NCBI GenBank assembly: GCA_046758365.1
Contig: JBHIAC010000038.1
Location: 1 to 22,776, forward strand
Reading direction: 5' to 3'
Length of the DNA stretch: 22,776 bases
Source: a bacterium
Lineage (GTDB): Bacteria; Zhuqueibacterota; Zhuqueibacteria; Oceanimicrobiales; Oceanimicrobiaceae
This document shows, piece after piece, positions 8,513 to 16,909 of this stretch. Within the stretch, counting starts at the first letter, position 1. Every line of letters starts with the position of its first letter. The position numbers and the translations under genes are program-made. The notes below the pieces were generated by a model that was given only the letters and a program-made list of their open reading frames with translations, had not been told where the DNA came from and did not search any database.

Positions 8513-10411
8513 ATGGATATAAACAAAACAATCTTGCTTGTAGACGATGATCCAGATATGCTGGAAATTGGGGGTATAATTATCCATAAAGCCGGTTACA
8601 ACTACCTTGCCGCCGCTTCGGGGGAGGAAGGATTAGAAGTACTTATCCGAGAAAGGCCGGATTTGGTTATTTTGGATTACATGATGCCTAATATGAATGG
8701 CTATGAATTTTTCAAACAAATGACGAATAATCCAAAATACAAAATGGTGCGAGAAACTCCGGTAATTATGCTTACAGCAAAATCTGAGGAAGAGGTAGAA
8801 CGCAAAGAACTTTTTGAGATGGGACTAAGCGCGTTTTTGTTAAAGCCGTTTGGCAATCGGGAACTGATTAATGTAATTGATAATGTGTTCATTCTCCACC
8901 AGATGCGGATGAATAACAAAGAACTTCAGCAGAAAGTTAAACGGACAGAATATAAATACCAAGACTTAATCGAAAATGCTAGCGATTTGATATTCACTTT
9001 GGACCCGCAGGCAAGATTTGTTTTTATTAACAGACGTTTATCTTCAATAACTGGCTTAGACAGAAAAGGGTTGATGGGTAAGAATTTTTTTGACTTAATT
9101 GTACCTGAAGATCGCGAATACGCCAAATCGAATTTTCAAAAAACTATTAATGGACGTTCTAGCATTTTTGAAGTAAGAATTCACCACAACAACAAAAAGT
9201 GTATTTATCTTTCTACAAATATAAATCCCATATTTGAAAGGGGTCAGGTTGTTGGCTGTGTTGGCATAGCTCGAAACATTACCAAGAGAAAACAGCTTGA
9301 ACAAGAGATCATTGAACTAAAAAATTTCAATGAAAGTATTATTCAAAGCATAGGCTCTGGTTTAATTACGGTAGATCTGGACCGTAAAATCACTTCTTTT
9401 AACAATAGTGCAGAAGAAGTTTTGGGATATACCACCGAGGAAGTAGTAGGAAAATCGTTAGATGAAGTATTCCCCGCTGAAGAATGCAAAAGATTATTAC
9501 CAAATTTTGATAATCCTGATCAAGCTCTATTAAATCGTGAAATGCAGTTAACAGCGAAAAATGGTAAGCAGGTTTTTGTGGGCTTTACAGTGACACCGCG
9601 GATCGACAACCAAATTCAGCGAGTCGGAACGATCATTTCTTTTAGAGACATTACGCAAATCAAACAAATGCAGGCCGAGGTCCAAAGGATGGACCGCCTG
9701 GCTTCCATGGGCGTTTTAGCTTCTGGAATTGCCCATGAGATAAGAAATCCATTGGCAGGAATTAAAACGATTGCGCAAACATTGGAGGAAGAAATTGAAA
9801 CTGACAACCCCCGTCGAGAATATATTTCTCGAATTGTTCGGCAAGTGAACCGTATGGATGATCTGTTAAAAACATTTTTTTCCTACGCAAAACCTCGGCA
9901 GCCTCAACGGAAATTTCATCGACTCCAAGAAATTATACAAGAAGTTGTGGCCCTGCTTGAAAACCGCATACGAGGGCAATCAGTGAACTTTCAAGAAACG
10001 TATCATCCGGAACTTCCTTTATTATATATTGATTTCTATCAAATACAACAAGTGTTTGTAAATTTATTTCTAAATGCTCTGGACGCCATGCCTAAGGGAG
10101 GAGAATTAAAACTGGAAGCCTATCCCAAAATTACAACCCTTAAAAGAGTAGACCGTCGCGGACGCCCTTTTCCTGTCCAAAATAAAAGGGCACTATATGC
10201 AATAGTCAACATAACAGATACAGGCAAAGGCATAAAACCCAAAGACCTCCCTTCCATATTTAATCCTTTTTTTACTACAAAACCTCAAGGGTCTGGTTTA
10301 GGACTTTCGATTGTTTATAGAATTATAGCCGAACACGAGGGTGATATTCAAGTAGAAAGTGCATTAACTAAAGGGACATCTTTTCATCTGTTATTGCCTA
10401 CGGAGGAGTAA
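8513..10411 (+). CDS. Cytoplasmic hybrid histidine kinase REC-PAS-PAS-HisKA-HATPase (NtrB/AtoS-like)
   Basis: N-terminal REC (LVDDD, LDYMMP); two PAS domains; LASGIAHEIRNPL; NALDAM; FNPFFTTK..GSGLGL. Confidence 0.93.
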   Translation: MDINKTILLVDDDPDMLEIGGIIIHKAGYNYLAAASGEEGLEVLIRERPDLVILDYMMPNMNGYEFFKQMTNNPKYKMVRETPVIMLTAKSEEEVERKELFEMGLSAFLLKPFGNRELINVIDNVFILHQMRMNNKELQQKVKRTEYKYQDLIENASDLIFTLDPQARFVFINRRLSSITGLDRKGLMGKNFFDLIVPEDREYAKSNFQKTINGRSSIFEVRIHHNNKKCIYLSTNINPIFERGQVVGCVGIARNITKRKQLEQEIIELKNFNESIIQSIGSGLITVDLDRKITSFNNSAEEVLGYTTEEVVGKSLDEVFPAEECKRLLPNFDNPDQALLNREMQLTAKNGKQVFVGFTVTPRIDNQIQRVGTIISFRDITQIKQMQAEVQRMDRLASMGVLASGIAHEIRNPLAGIKTIAQTLEEEIETDNPRREYISRIVRQVNRMDDLLKTFFSYAKPRQPQRKFHRLQEIIQEVVALLENRIRGQSVNFQETYHPELPLLYIDFYQIQQVFVNLFLNALDAMPKGGELKLEAYPKITTLKRVDRRGRPFPVQNKRALYAIVNITDTGKGIKPKDLPSIFNPFFTTKPQGSGLGLSIVYRIIAEHEGDIQVESALTKGTSFHLLLPTEE

Positions 10412-10417
10412 TTAAAA

Positions 10418-11788
10418 ATGTCTAAAGCGAATGTTTTGATTGTTGAAGATAATGAGGACTTATGCCAGACATTGGCAGATGTTTTAGGAAAAGAGGGTAA
10501 TAAGGTACGCACGGCTTATTCAGGTGAACATGCCTTAAATATTTTACATAAAGATATCATTGATTTGGTATTATTAGATATCAAACTTCCAGATACAAAC
10601 GGCATAAAATTGCTGGAAGAAATCAAAGATCTGGACCCTGAAATCTTAGTTATTATGATTACAGCTTTGACAGATGCCCAACCTGCTGTAGATGCTATGA
10701 AAAGAGGCGCGTACGATTATTTAATGAAGCCTTTCGAATTGGATGAACTAAAAATAGTGTTAGCTAAGGCTCTGGAAACCCAGCACCTAAAGCGAGAGGT
10801 TTCTCGTTTGCTGAACCAGCAAAAGGAACAATTTCCCGATAATGAACTTTTTGGGAATTCTAAACCTATGAGAGAATTAAAAAAACTTATTAAAATCGTG
10901 GCAGGAACTCCCAAAACTTCTGTATTGATTCAAGGTGAGAGTGGTACTGGAAAAGAACTGGTGGCAAATGCTATACATAATTGGAGTGCCAGGGCTGAAA
11001 AACCACTTATTAAGATAAACTGCAGCGCTATTCCAGAAAACCTTTTGGAAAGCGAACTTTTTGGTTATGAAAAAGGAGCATTCACAGATGCCAAAAACAT
11101 GAAAAAGGGCATTTTTGAACTTGCTAATAACGGCACCATTATTCTGGACGAAATTTCCAGTATGCAGATGTCCATACAGCCAAAATTTCTTCGGGTCTTA
11201 GAAACTCAGTCATTTAGACGCATTGGCGGCACTTCTGATATTCAAATCGATGTCAGAATTATTGCAGCCACAAATAGAAACTTAGAAGATTGTGTTGAAC
11301 AACAAACTTTTAGAGAGGATTTATATTATCGTCTTAAAGTCATGGTACTAAATATCCCTACGCTACGAGAAAGAGCCGAAGACATCTTACCATTGGCCAT
11401 GCTTTTTATTGAAGCAAACAATAAGGAATTTAGTAAAAATGTAAAATGTATTGCTCCTGACGCTCAGGAACGAATGTTGAAATATAGCTGGCCAGGAAAC
11501 GTGCGAGAACTAAAAAATGTAATAGAAAGAGCTGTTATTTTATGTAATGGGGATGTACTGCAATCAGAACACTTACCTTTGGAACTGCAACAGGGTGTAT
11601 CAAAAATTTCAACTTCCACAGTATTTAGTTCAATTACTGGTGAAGGCTATTCATTAGAGGAAATGGAAAAACGACATATTATTAATATGTTAAAAAAATA
11701 TAATGGTAACAAATCTAAAACGGCAAGGATCCTTAGTATCTCTCGCTCTACGCTTCGAGAAAAAATGAAAAACTATGGTATAGCTTAA
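10418..11788 (+). CDS. sigma54-dependent transcriptional activator (REC-AAA+-Fis HTH, NtrC/AtoC family)
   Basis: REC; Walker A GESGTGKE; ESELFGYEKGAFTDA; Walker B LDEI; FREDLYYRL; WPGNVREL; HTH NKSKTARILSISRSTL. Confidence 0.95.
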   Translation: MSKANVLIVEDNEDLCQTLADVLGKEGNKVRTAYSGEHALNILHKDIIDLVLLDIKLPDTNGIKLLEEIKDLDPEILVIMITALTDAQPAVDAMKRGAYDYLMKPFELDELKIVLAKALETQHLKREVSRLLNQQKEQFPDNELFGNSKPMRELKKLIKIVAGTPKTSVLIQGESGTGKELVANAIHNWSARAEKPLIKINCSAIPENLLESELFGYEKGAFTDAKNMKKGIFELANNGTIILDEISSMQMSIQPKFLRVLETQSFRRIGGTSDIQIDVRIIAATNRNLEDCVEQQTFREDLYYRLKVMVLNIPTLRERAEDILPLAMLFIEANNKEFSKNVKCIAPDAQERMLKYSWPGNVRELKNVIERAVILCNGDVLQSEHLPLELQQGVSKISTSTVFSSITGEGYSLEEMEKRHIINMLKKYNGNKSKTARILSISRSTLREKMKNYGIA

Positions 11789-11795
11789 TATCCAT

Positions 11796-11812
11796 TGGTC
11801 AGAATCTGACCA
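11796..11812. promoter_or_regulatory. Perfect palindrome, putative upstream activator sequence for the sigma54 activator
   Basis: TGGTCAGA-A-TCTGACCA, about 185 bp upstream of the -24 element and 7 bp after the activator's stop codon. Confidence 0.6.
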
Positions 11813-11994
11813 CCTTTCCTATTTTTTCCCCCACTTCATCTAATAAAATAACAAAATCTATATTATTTTATCTCCCTAAAAAATTTATTGTAATAACCCG
11901 CCCACCTGTTAAGTTTTTGATTTTTTATGACGAATACAAATGGAGAAAGTGTAGGACAACCGAGTATCCAGGACTAAATTAAAAAAACTTTACA

Positions 11995-12010
11995 TGGCAT
12001 AAGAGTTGCA
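11995..12010 (+). promoter_or_regulatory. sigma54 (-24/-12) promoter
   Basis: TGGCAT-AAGAG-TTGCA with exact GG-N10-GC spacing, 46 bp before the ATG at 12057, which has an AAGGAG RBS. Confidence 0.85.
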
Positions 12011-12056
12011 GATTCGGAAGTAGATAATTTTTCTTTTAGATTTAAGGAGTCCTACC

Positions 12057-12725
12057 ATGATGGCTCAAAAAAAGATTCTTATTGTGGATGATGAAGAAGA
12101 TATAACCTGGGGAATTTCAAAAAGTTTAGCTAATGCTAATTACGCATTTGATGTGCATTGTGTAAATTCCGGTACTCAAGCTCTAGCTATGATTGATCAA
12201 AATAGATTTGATCTGGTTGTGTCTGATATTCGAATGCCGGGTCGTAATGGACTGCAATTATTATTAGATATTAGAAAGAAGTGTCCGAACACAAAAATTA
12301 TTATAATGACCGCTTATGGTTCTCAAGAAATAAAAGAGCGAGCAGAAAAGCAAGGCAGCTTTTTCTATATTGAAAAACCATTTGAAATTGGATATTTAAA
12401 ACAAATTATCCTCAACGCTTTAGAAGTTTACAACAACGGATTTAAAGGATACCTTAATAATGTAGGGATTCGAGAATTGGTAGAATTTAATTGCGCCAGT
12501 AAACGCACGTCTTCTTTATGGATTTCAAAAGATGAAGAACAGGGTACCATTTACTTTAGAAACGGAGATATTATTCATGCTGAATGTGGAAAATTAAGTG
12601 GTGAGAGAGCTCTGTTTAATATTTTAAATTGGAGCAAAGGTAACTTTAAAATCATCCCAAATGTTTTAACAATTAAAAGAACCATTCTGAGAGATTGGAG
12701 AACACTTTTGCATCATTGTCTTTAA
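12057..12725 (+). CDS. Response regulator with C-terminal DUF4388/PATAN-like domain
   Basis: REC (IVDDE, SDIRMPG, TAYG, KPF) followed by GFKGYL...ELVEF...GTIYFRNGDIIHAECGKLSGERALFNILNWSKGNF, a DUF4388/PATAN pattern. Confidence 0.85.
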   Translation: MMAQKKILIVDDEEDITWGISKSLANANYAFDVHCVNSGTQALAMIDQNRFDLVVSDIRMPGRNGLQLLLDIRKKCPNTKIIIMTAYGSQEIKERAEKQGSFFYIEKPFEIGYLKQIILNALEVYNNGFKGYLNNVGIRELVEFNCASKRTSSLWISKDEEQGTIYFRNGDIIHAECGKLSGERALFNILNWSKGNFKIIPNVLTIKRTILRDWRTLLHHCL

Positions 12726-12737
12726 AAAGGAATTAAG

Positions 12738-13556
12738 ATGGGAGAAGTCATAGCAATAGCCAGTCAAAAAGGTGGAGTTGGCAAAACCACCACCGCAGTT
12801 AATTTAAGTGCCAGTCTGGCTTCTTTAGGGCACAAAGTTTTACTCATTGATGTAGATCCACAGGGTAGTGTGGCCAACAGTTTTGGATACGGCAGATATG
12901 ACATAAAAGCTGGTGTTTTGGATATATTTACAAGAGATATCCCCCTAAGTGAAGCTATTCACCCAACAGGTTTGGCAAATTTTGATTTTGTACCAACAAA
13001 TGTCTGGTCAGATGAAGGGGGCAAAAAACGGTTCATTGACTTGGCCGCGGAAAACAAACTAAAAGATGTAATAGAGCCAATAAAAAATCAATACGATTTT
13101 ATTTTTATTGATTGTCCTCCATCATTTGGTTATTTGACCTACAACGCGCTTATTGCTTCAGATTCAATTATTATACCCATCCAGTGTGAATATTACGCAT
13201 TAAAAGCCCTTGGAAGGTTTTTAAAATTAACCCGTCTAATCAAAAGTGAAAAAAATCTTAATTTAAAATATCGAGGTTTTCTATTAACCATGGTAGACAT
13301 GAGAAACAATCTCAGCAAAATTGTGATAGAAAAAGTCCGCTATACACTGCAAGGATTAGTATTTAATACAATCATTCCCAGAAATATCCGATTGGCAGAA
13401 GTGCCATTCCATGGGAAACCTGTAATTATGTTTGACAAAGCCTGCAAAGGGGCGACTTGTTACATGAATTTGGCATTTGAAATTTTAGGTGAAAATGGAC
13501 AAACTGAACCAGAAGTGGAACAAAGAGAACATACCGAATTAGTAGAAGGAGTCTAA
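12738..13556 (+). CDS. parA: ParA/Soj-family ATPase (orphan, no adjacent parB)
   Basis: Deviant Walker A KGGVGKTT; DVDPQG; IDCPPS; IPIQCEYYAL; IPRNIRLAEVP. Confidence 0.9.
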   Translation: MGEVIAIASQKGGVGKTTTAVNLSASLASLGHKVLLIDVDPQGSVANSFGYGRYDIKAGVLDIFTRDIPLSEAIHPTGLANFDFVPTNVWSDEGGKKRFIDLAAENKLKDVIEPIKNQYDFIFIDCPPSFGYLTYNALIASDSIIIPIQCEYYALKALGRFLKLTRLIKSEKNLNLKYRGFLLTMVDMRNNLSKIVIEKVRYTLQGLVFNTIIPRNIRLAEVPFHGKPVIMFDKACKGATCYMNLAFEILGENGQTEPEVEQREHTELVEGV

Positions 13557-13558
13557 AA

Positions 13559-13951
13559 TTGCCAAAAATTCTTATCGTTGAAGATGAGTTCAACACTCGC
13601 CAAGGGTTATCTGAAATATTAACAGAAGAAGGTTTCGAAGTAGCGTTAGCAGAAGATGGAGCCAATGCTTTAGAGAAGATAGATATTGATACCGATTTGC
13701 TTCTTTCGGATTTGCGCCTTCCAGATATTACAGGATTAGACCTATTTAAAAAGCTTAAGCCATTGTATCCTGAATTGGTCACAATAATTATGACAGCCTA
13801 TAGCACGCCAGACCTTGGCGAGGAGGCGAAAGATGCAGGTGTGTTCAGTTGGCTAACAAAACCTTTAAATATAGAAATACTCCTTTCCAAACTTCAGGAA
13901 GCCCTAATTTTTCACAAAAGAGAGAAAAATAAGCCTATGAACTGTGTTTAA
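13559..13951 (+). CDS. Single-domain response regulator
   Basis: ILIVEDE, SDLRLPD, TAY, KP motifs; TTG start with an AGGAG RBS overlapping the end of parA. Confidence 0.88.
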   Translation: MPKILIVEDEFNTRQGLSEILTEEGFEVALAEDGANALEKIDIDTDLLLSDLRLPDITGLDLFKKLKPLYPELVTIIMTAYSTPDLGEEAKDAGVFSWLTKPLNIEILLSKLQEALIFHKREKNKPMNCV

Positions 13952-14019
13952 AATTTCAAAATGACATAACTAAATAAGAGACCGTGCATTAGACAAATTC
14001 TTTTTAAAAATTTATTCTA

Positions 14020-14739
14020 ATGTACATAGAAAGGAGGTCTGGTGGTACCTTGTTCTCTGTAATTTTGCTAAAAATATTGAAAGAGGGATATTTTATTCTT
14101 CTAACCATTGTAATGTTTATTTCCATGGTAAGCTTTTCCCATAACGTATTTAATTTTGATAAAGCTAAGCAGAAGGTGGCGCAGTTTGAACACACCTTGA
14201 AAGATTTAAAAGGCGTAATTAAAACAGATAGTGTTCGACAGCATGCTATATTTAAGATTTCCAGAATTATAGAGCAATACAATAATAAATTGAATCCTCA
14301 AAAAAAATATGAAATCGCCAATTTAATTAATAATATGAGCATCAAATACACCAATCTCGATGTAGATCTCATCTGCGCCACCATTACACATGAAAGTGCT
14401 TTAACTTGGCAACCTGATATTATATCCCCAGCAGGCGCCATTGGATTAATGCAAATCATGCCCTCCACAGGTCTTTTTCTTTCCAAGCACGAAAGTATAA
14501 GATGGACGAATGAAAAAGATATCCTCTTTAATCCAATTTATAATATAAGATTAGGCTGCCGTTATCTTTCCATGTTAATTGAGATGTATCATTTGGACGG
14601 AGGGTTGGCTGCTTATAACGGTGGAGAAAGACGTGCGGCTATGTGGCTTGCCAGTGGACGAGATAATGAAGTACTCTTGGAAGAGACTCGGGATTATATC
14701 CCAGCCGTTTTAAAATTGTATGATATATTTAAAAATTAA
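14020..14739 (+). CDS. Membrane-anchored lytic transglycosylase (SLT domain)
   Basis: N-terminal hydrophobic helix; catalytic HES; AGAIGLMQIMP; LAAYNGG; ETRDYI. The start may instead be TTG at 14050, after AGGAGG. Confidence 0.9.
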   Translation: MYIERRSGGTLFSVILLKILKEGYFILLTIVMFISMVSFSHNVFNFDKAKQKVAQFEHTLKDLKGVIKTDSVRQHAIFKISRIIEQYNNKLNPQKKYEIANLINNMSIKYTNLDVDLICATITHESALTWQPDIISPAGAIGLMQIMPSTGLFLSKHESIRWTNEKDILFNPIYNIRLGCRYLSMLIEMYHLDGGLAAYNGGERRAAMWLASGRDNEVLLEETRDYIPAVLKLYDIFKN

Positions 14740-14900
14740 ACAAAAATCAATTTTTAGGATGGTCAAAAGACTTAAGAAAACAGATATAAAATTGTAAAAC
14801 CATAAAATCACAGAGATAAACTCTGAGCTCTGAAAAAAAATCCCTTAAAAAATCCTCTGTGGTTAGATTTTGAAAATATAAAATATCCAAGAAGGAATCC

Positions 14901-16784
14901 ATGGAAAATGTACAAAAGGTACTTTCTGATGATGAATTTTACCAAGAACTGATTAGAAGATTTTTCCATCCAAATAGTTATTTTTACCATTGCATTAGCC
15001 ATCATCTTGATCGTATCATTCAAAGTAACGAAAATTCCAACAACGAAAATTATCTGCTCTTTGGCAGTTTTTTGGATAGTTTGGTGACTTCTGAAAATAA
15101 AGTTCAAGAACTCCTAAGACTCACAGCCATTGGGGGATTTCATAAATTTATTGAAAACTTAACAACCGGAGTAAGCTACCTGCGGGATTCCGATCTGACC
15201 CCCGAACAGATGAAAATAGAAATTGAATCTCTGGCGCAATCAATGGTTAAAATTGCTTTGGACGCTCTTCAGCACCAAGATACAAGGGAAAAGCTTAAAG
15301 AATACCTTGAATACACAAAATCAGATTTAGTCGATACCTCAACTAACGAAGTCAATGATTCAAATAGTAAATTAGACGATGAAGAGATAATCGAATTCAC
15401 AGAGCCGCCTTCCGAGGTACCCGGAAATGCGGAACCAGAATTAACTCAGCGAAGCCCCACCGACTTAACTGAGTTTAATAAAAACGAAGAAAAGGATTTT
15501 CTTCAATTTATGGTTAAGGGTAAGGATACCTCAATTGAAAATGGAATCGACTCTGATTTAGCCAAAGAAGGTGGCTCTGTTGATATTAACCTTAACTCCC
15601 AAAATTACACCATAGGCAGAGACCAAGTAGATGAGCAGCCAGAAAGTGTTATTCGAGTATTTCTAACTGAGATAGAATATCAACTTGAACAGTTGCAAAA
15701 TACATTTAAATTGCTAAGAAGCGATATTAGAAACAAAAACCACTGGACCGAGTTGAGAAATATTTTTGAAAATATCAAATCAACGGCTATGATTTATGGA
15801 CTGGAGGGATTTGAGCAAATTGCCGCTAAGGCCATAAAAATCATATCTGATTCAATTCATGAACCTGAAAACTCTCATCGAACTTCTCTAACACTCTTAA
15901 TGGAAACAAAGAATGTTCTTAGCCATTTGATTCAAGGTGATGTAGAAAATCTTGATGATAAAATCATTCTAAATCTTATTCAAAAATTAAAGAATCCCAA
16001 GGAATCGCTTTGCGAAGACATAAAAGAATCTCAACAGAGTTACTTAACAGAGCTAGAACAAAGTAATTTTTCAGTTGAAAATAAAGAAAAATCAATAAAA
16101 AAAAATCAATTAAATAATAATTCAGATTTCATATTACCGGGCGAAGACGACGAGGAAATTATAAGTTTGGTTAGAGAAATTTCAAAGAATAACCAAAAAG
16201 AGGATATCTCAGAAAGTAAAACCACTGATTTTGGCGATTCACAGCCGCTTATATCTATTAATAAAACAGAAAAACAAGAACTCAAAAATGAAAAATCTGA
16301 ACCATTGGCACCAAAAATTGTTGAACCTTCATTTGATGATCAACTAATCGCTTTTAAAGAGGAGGCGGATCTTTATTTCAGCATAATAGAAGAGGCCCTT
16401 AACACCTTGGAGACTCAAGCAGATAATAAGACTGCGTTGGATGATTTAGAGTTGGCTTCTTATTCTCTTTATGGACTTACCTTAAAGTTGAACCTCGAAC
16501 CTCTTGGCAAAATTCCTGCATCTATTGAAGGATTGATAAAAAATATAATCTCTAAAAAATCTTTACTTTCAGACAAAGAGCGCATATTAATAAAAAAGGC
16601 ATATCAACATTTTCGAAGTTTAACGCGAATTGAAGAAACAGAGAAGCGTCAATATAAAGAACTCCTTTCTTCACTACAGGCATTAAACTCAAGACATCAG
16701 ATGAATTCATATAATGATAATCCTATACCGCCGAGCTCAGATGAGTCAAAGAAAATAATAACAGAAACAGCAGAAAAGTGTTAA
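14901..16784 (+). CDS. Hypothetical protein with two histidine-less Hpt-like domains and acidic linkers
   Basis: VFLTEIEYQLEQL...LRNIFENIKSTAMIYGLEGFEQIA and AFKEEADLYFSIIEEAL...LELASYSLYGLTLKLNLEPL follow the CheA-P1/Hpt pattern F..E..E.L...IFRAAHTLKGSA...G...L, with E290 and Y521 at the His position. Confidence 0.7.
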   Translation: MENVQKVLSDDEFYQELIRRFFHPNSYFYHCISHHLDRIIQSNENSNNENYLLFGSFLDSLVTSENKVQELLRLTAIGGFHKFIENLTTGVSYLRDSDLTPEQMKIEIESLAQSMVKIALDALQHQDTREKLKEYLEYTKSDLVDTSTNEVNDSNSKLDDEEIIEFTEPPSEVPGNAEPELTQRSPTDLTEFNKNEEKDFLQFMVKGKDTSIENGIDSDLAKEGGSVDINLNSQNYTIGRDQVDEQPESVIRVFLTEIEYQLEQLQNTFKLLRSDIRNKNHWTELRNIFENIKSTAMIYGLEGFEQIAAKAIKIISDSIHEPENSHRTSLTLLMETKNVLSHLIQGDVENLDDKIILNLIQKLKNPKESLCEDIKESQQSYLTELEQSNFSVENKEKSIKKNQLNNNSDFILPGEDDEEIISLVREISKNNQKEDISESKTTDFGDSQPLISINKTEKQELKNEKSEPLAPKIVEPSFDDQLIAFKEEADLYFSIIEEALNTLETQADNKTALDDLELASYSLYGLTLKLNLEPLGKIPASIEGLIKNIISKKSLLSDKERILIKKAYQHFRSLTRIEETEKRQYKELLSSLQALNSRHQMNSYNDNPIPPSSDESKKIITETAEKC

Positions 16785-16909
16785 CGAATTCGTTAAGATG
16801 GCAAAAATACCTTATCTAATGTATTAAAAAAATAAAAATTGAGGTTAAATTTAACTAGAAAATCAATGACTGGGCGATTTACTTCAATAACTAAGAGGTT
16901 AGCAAAATA

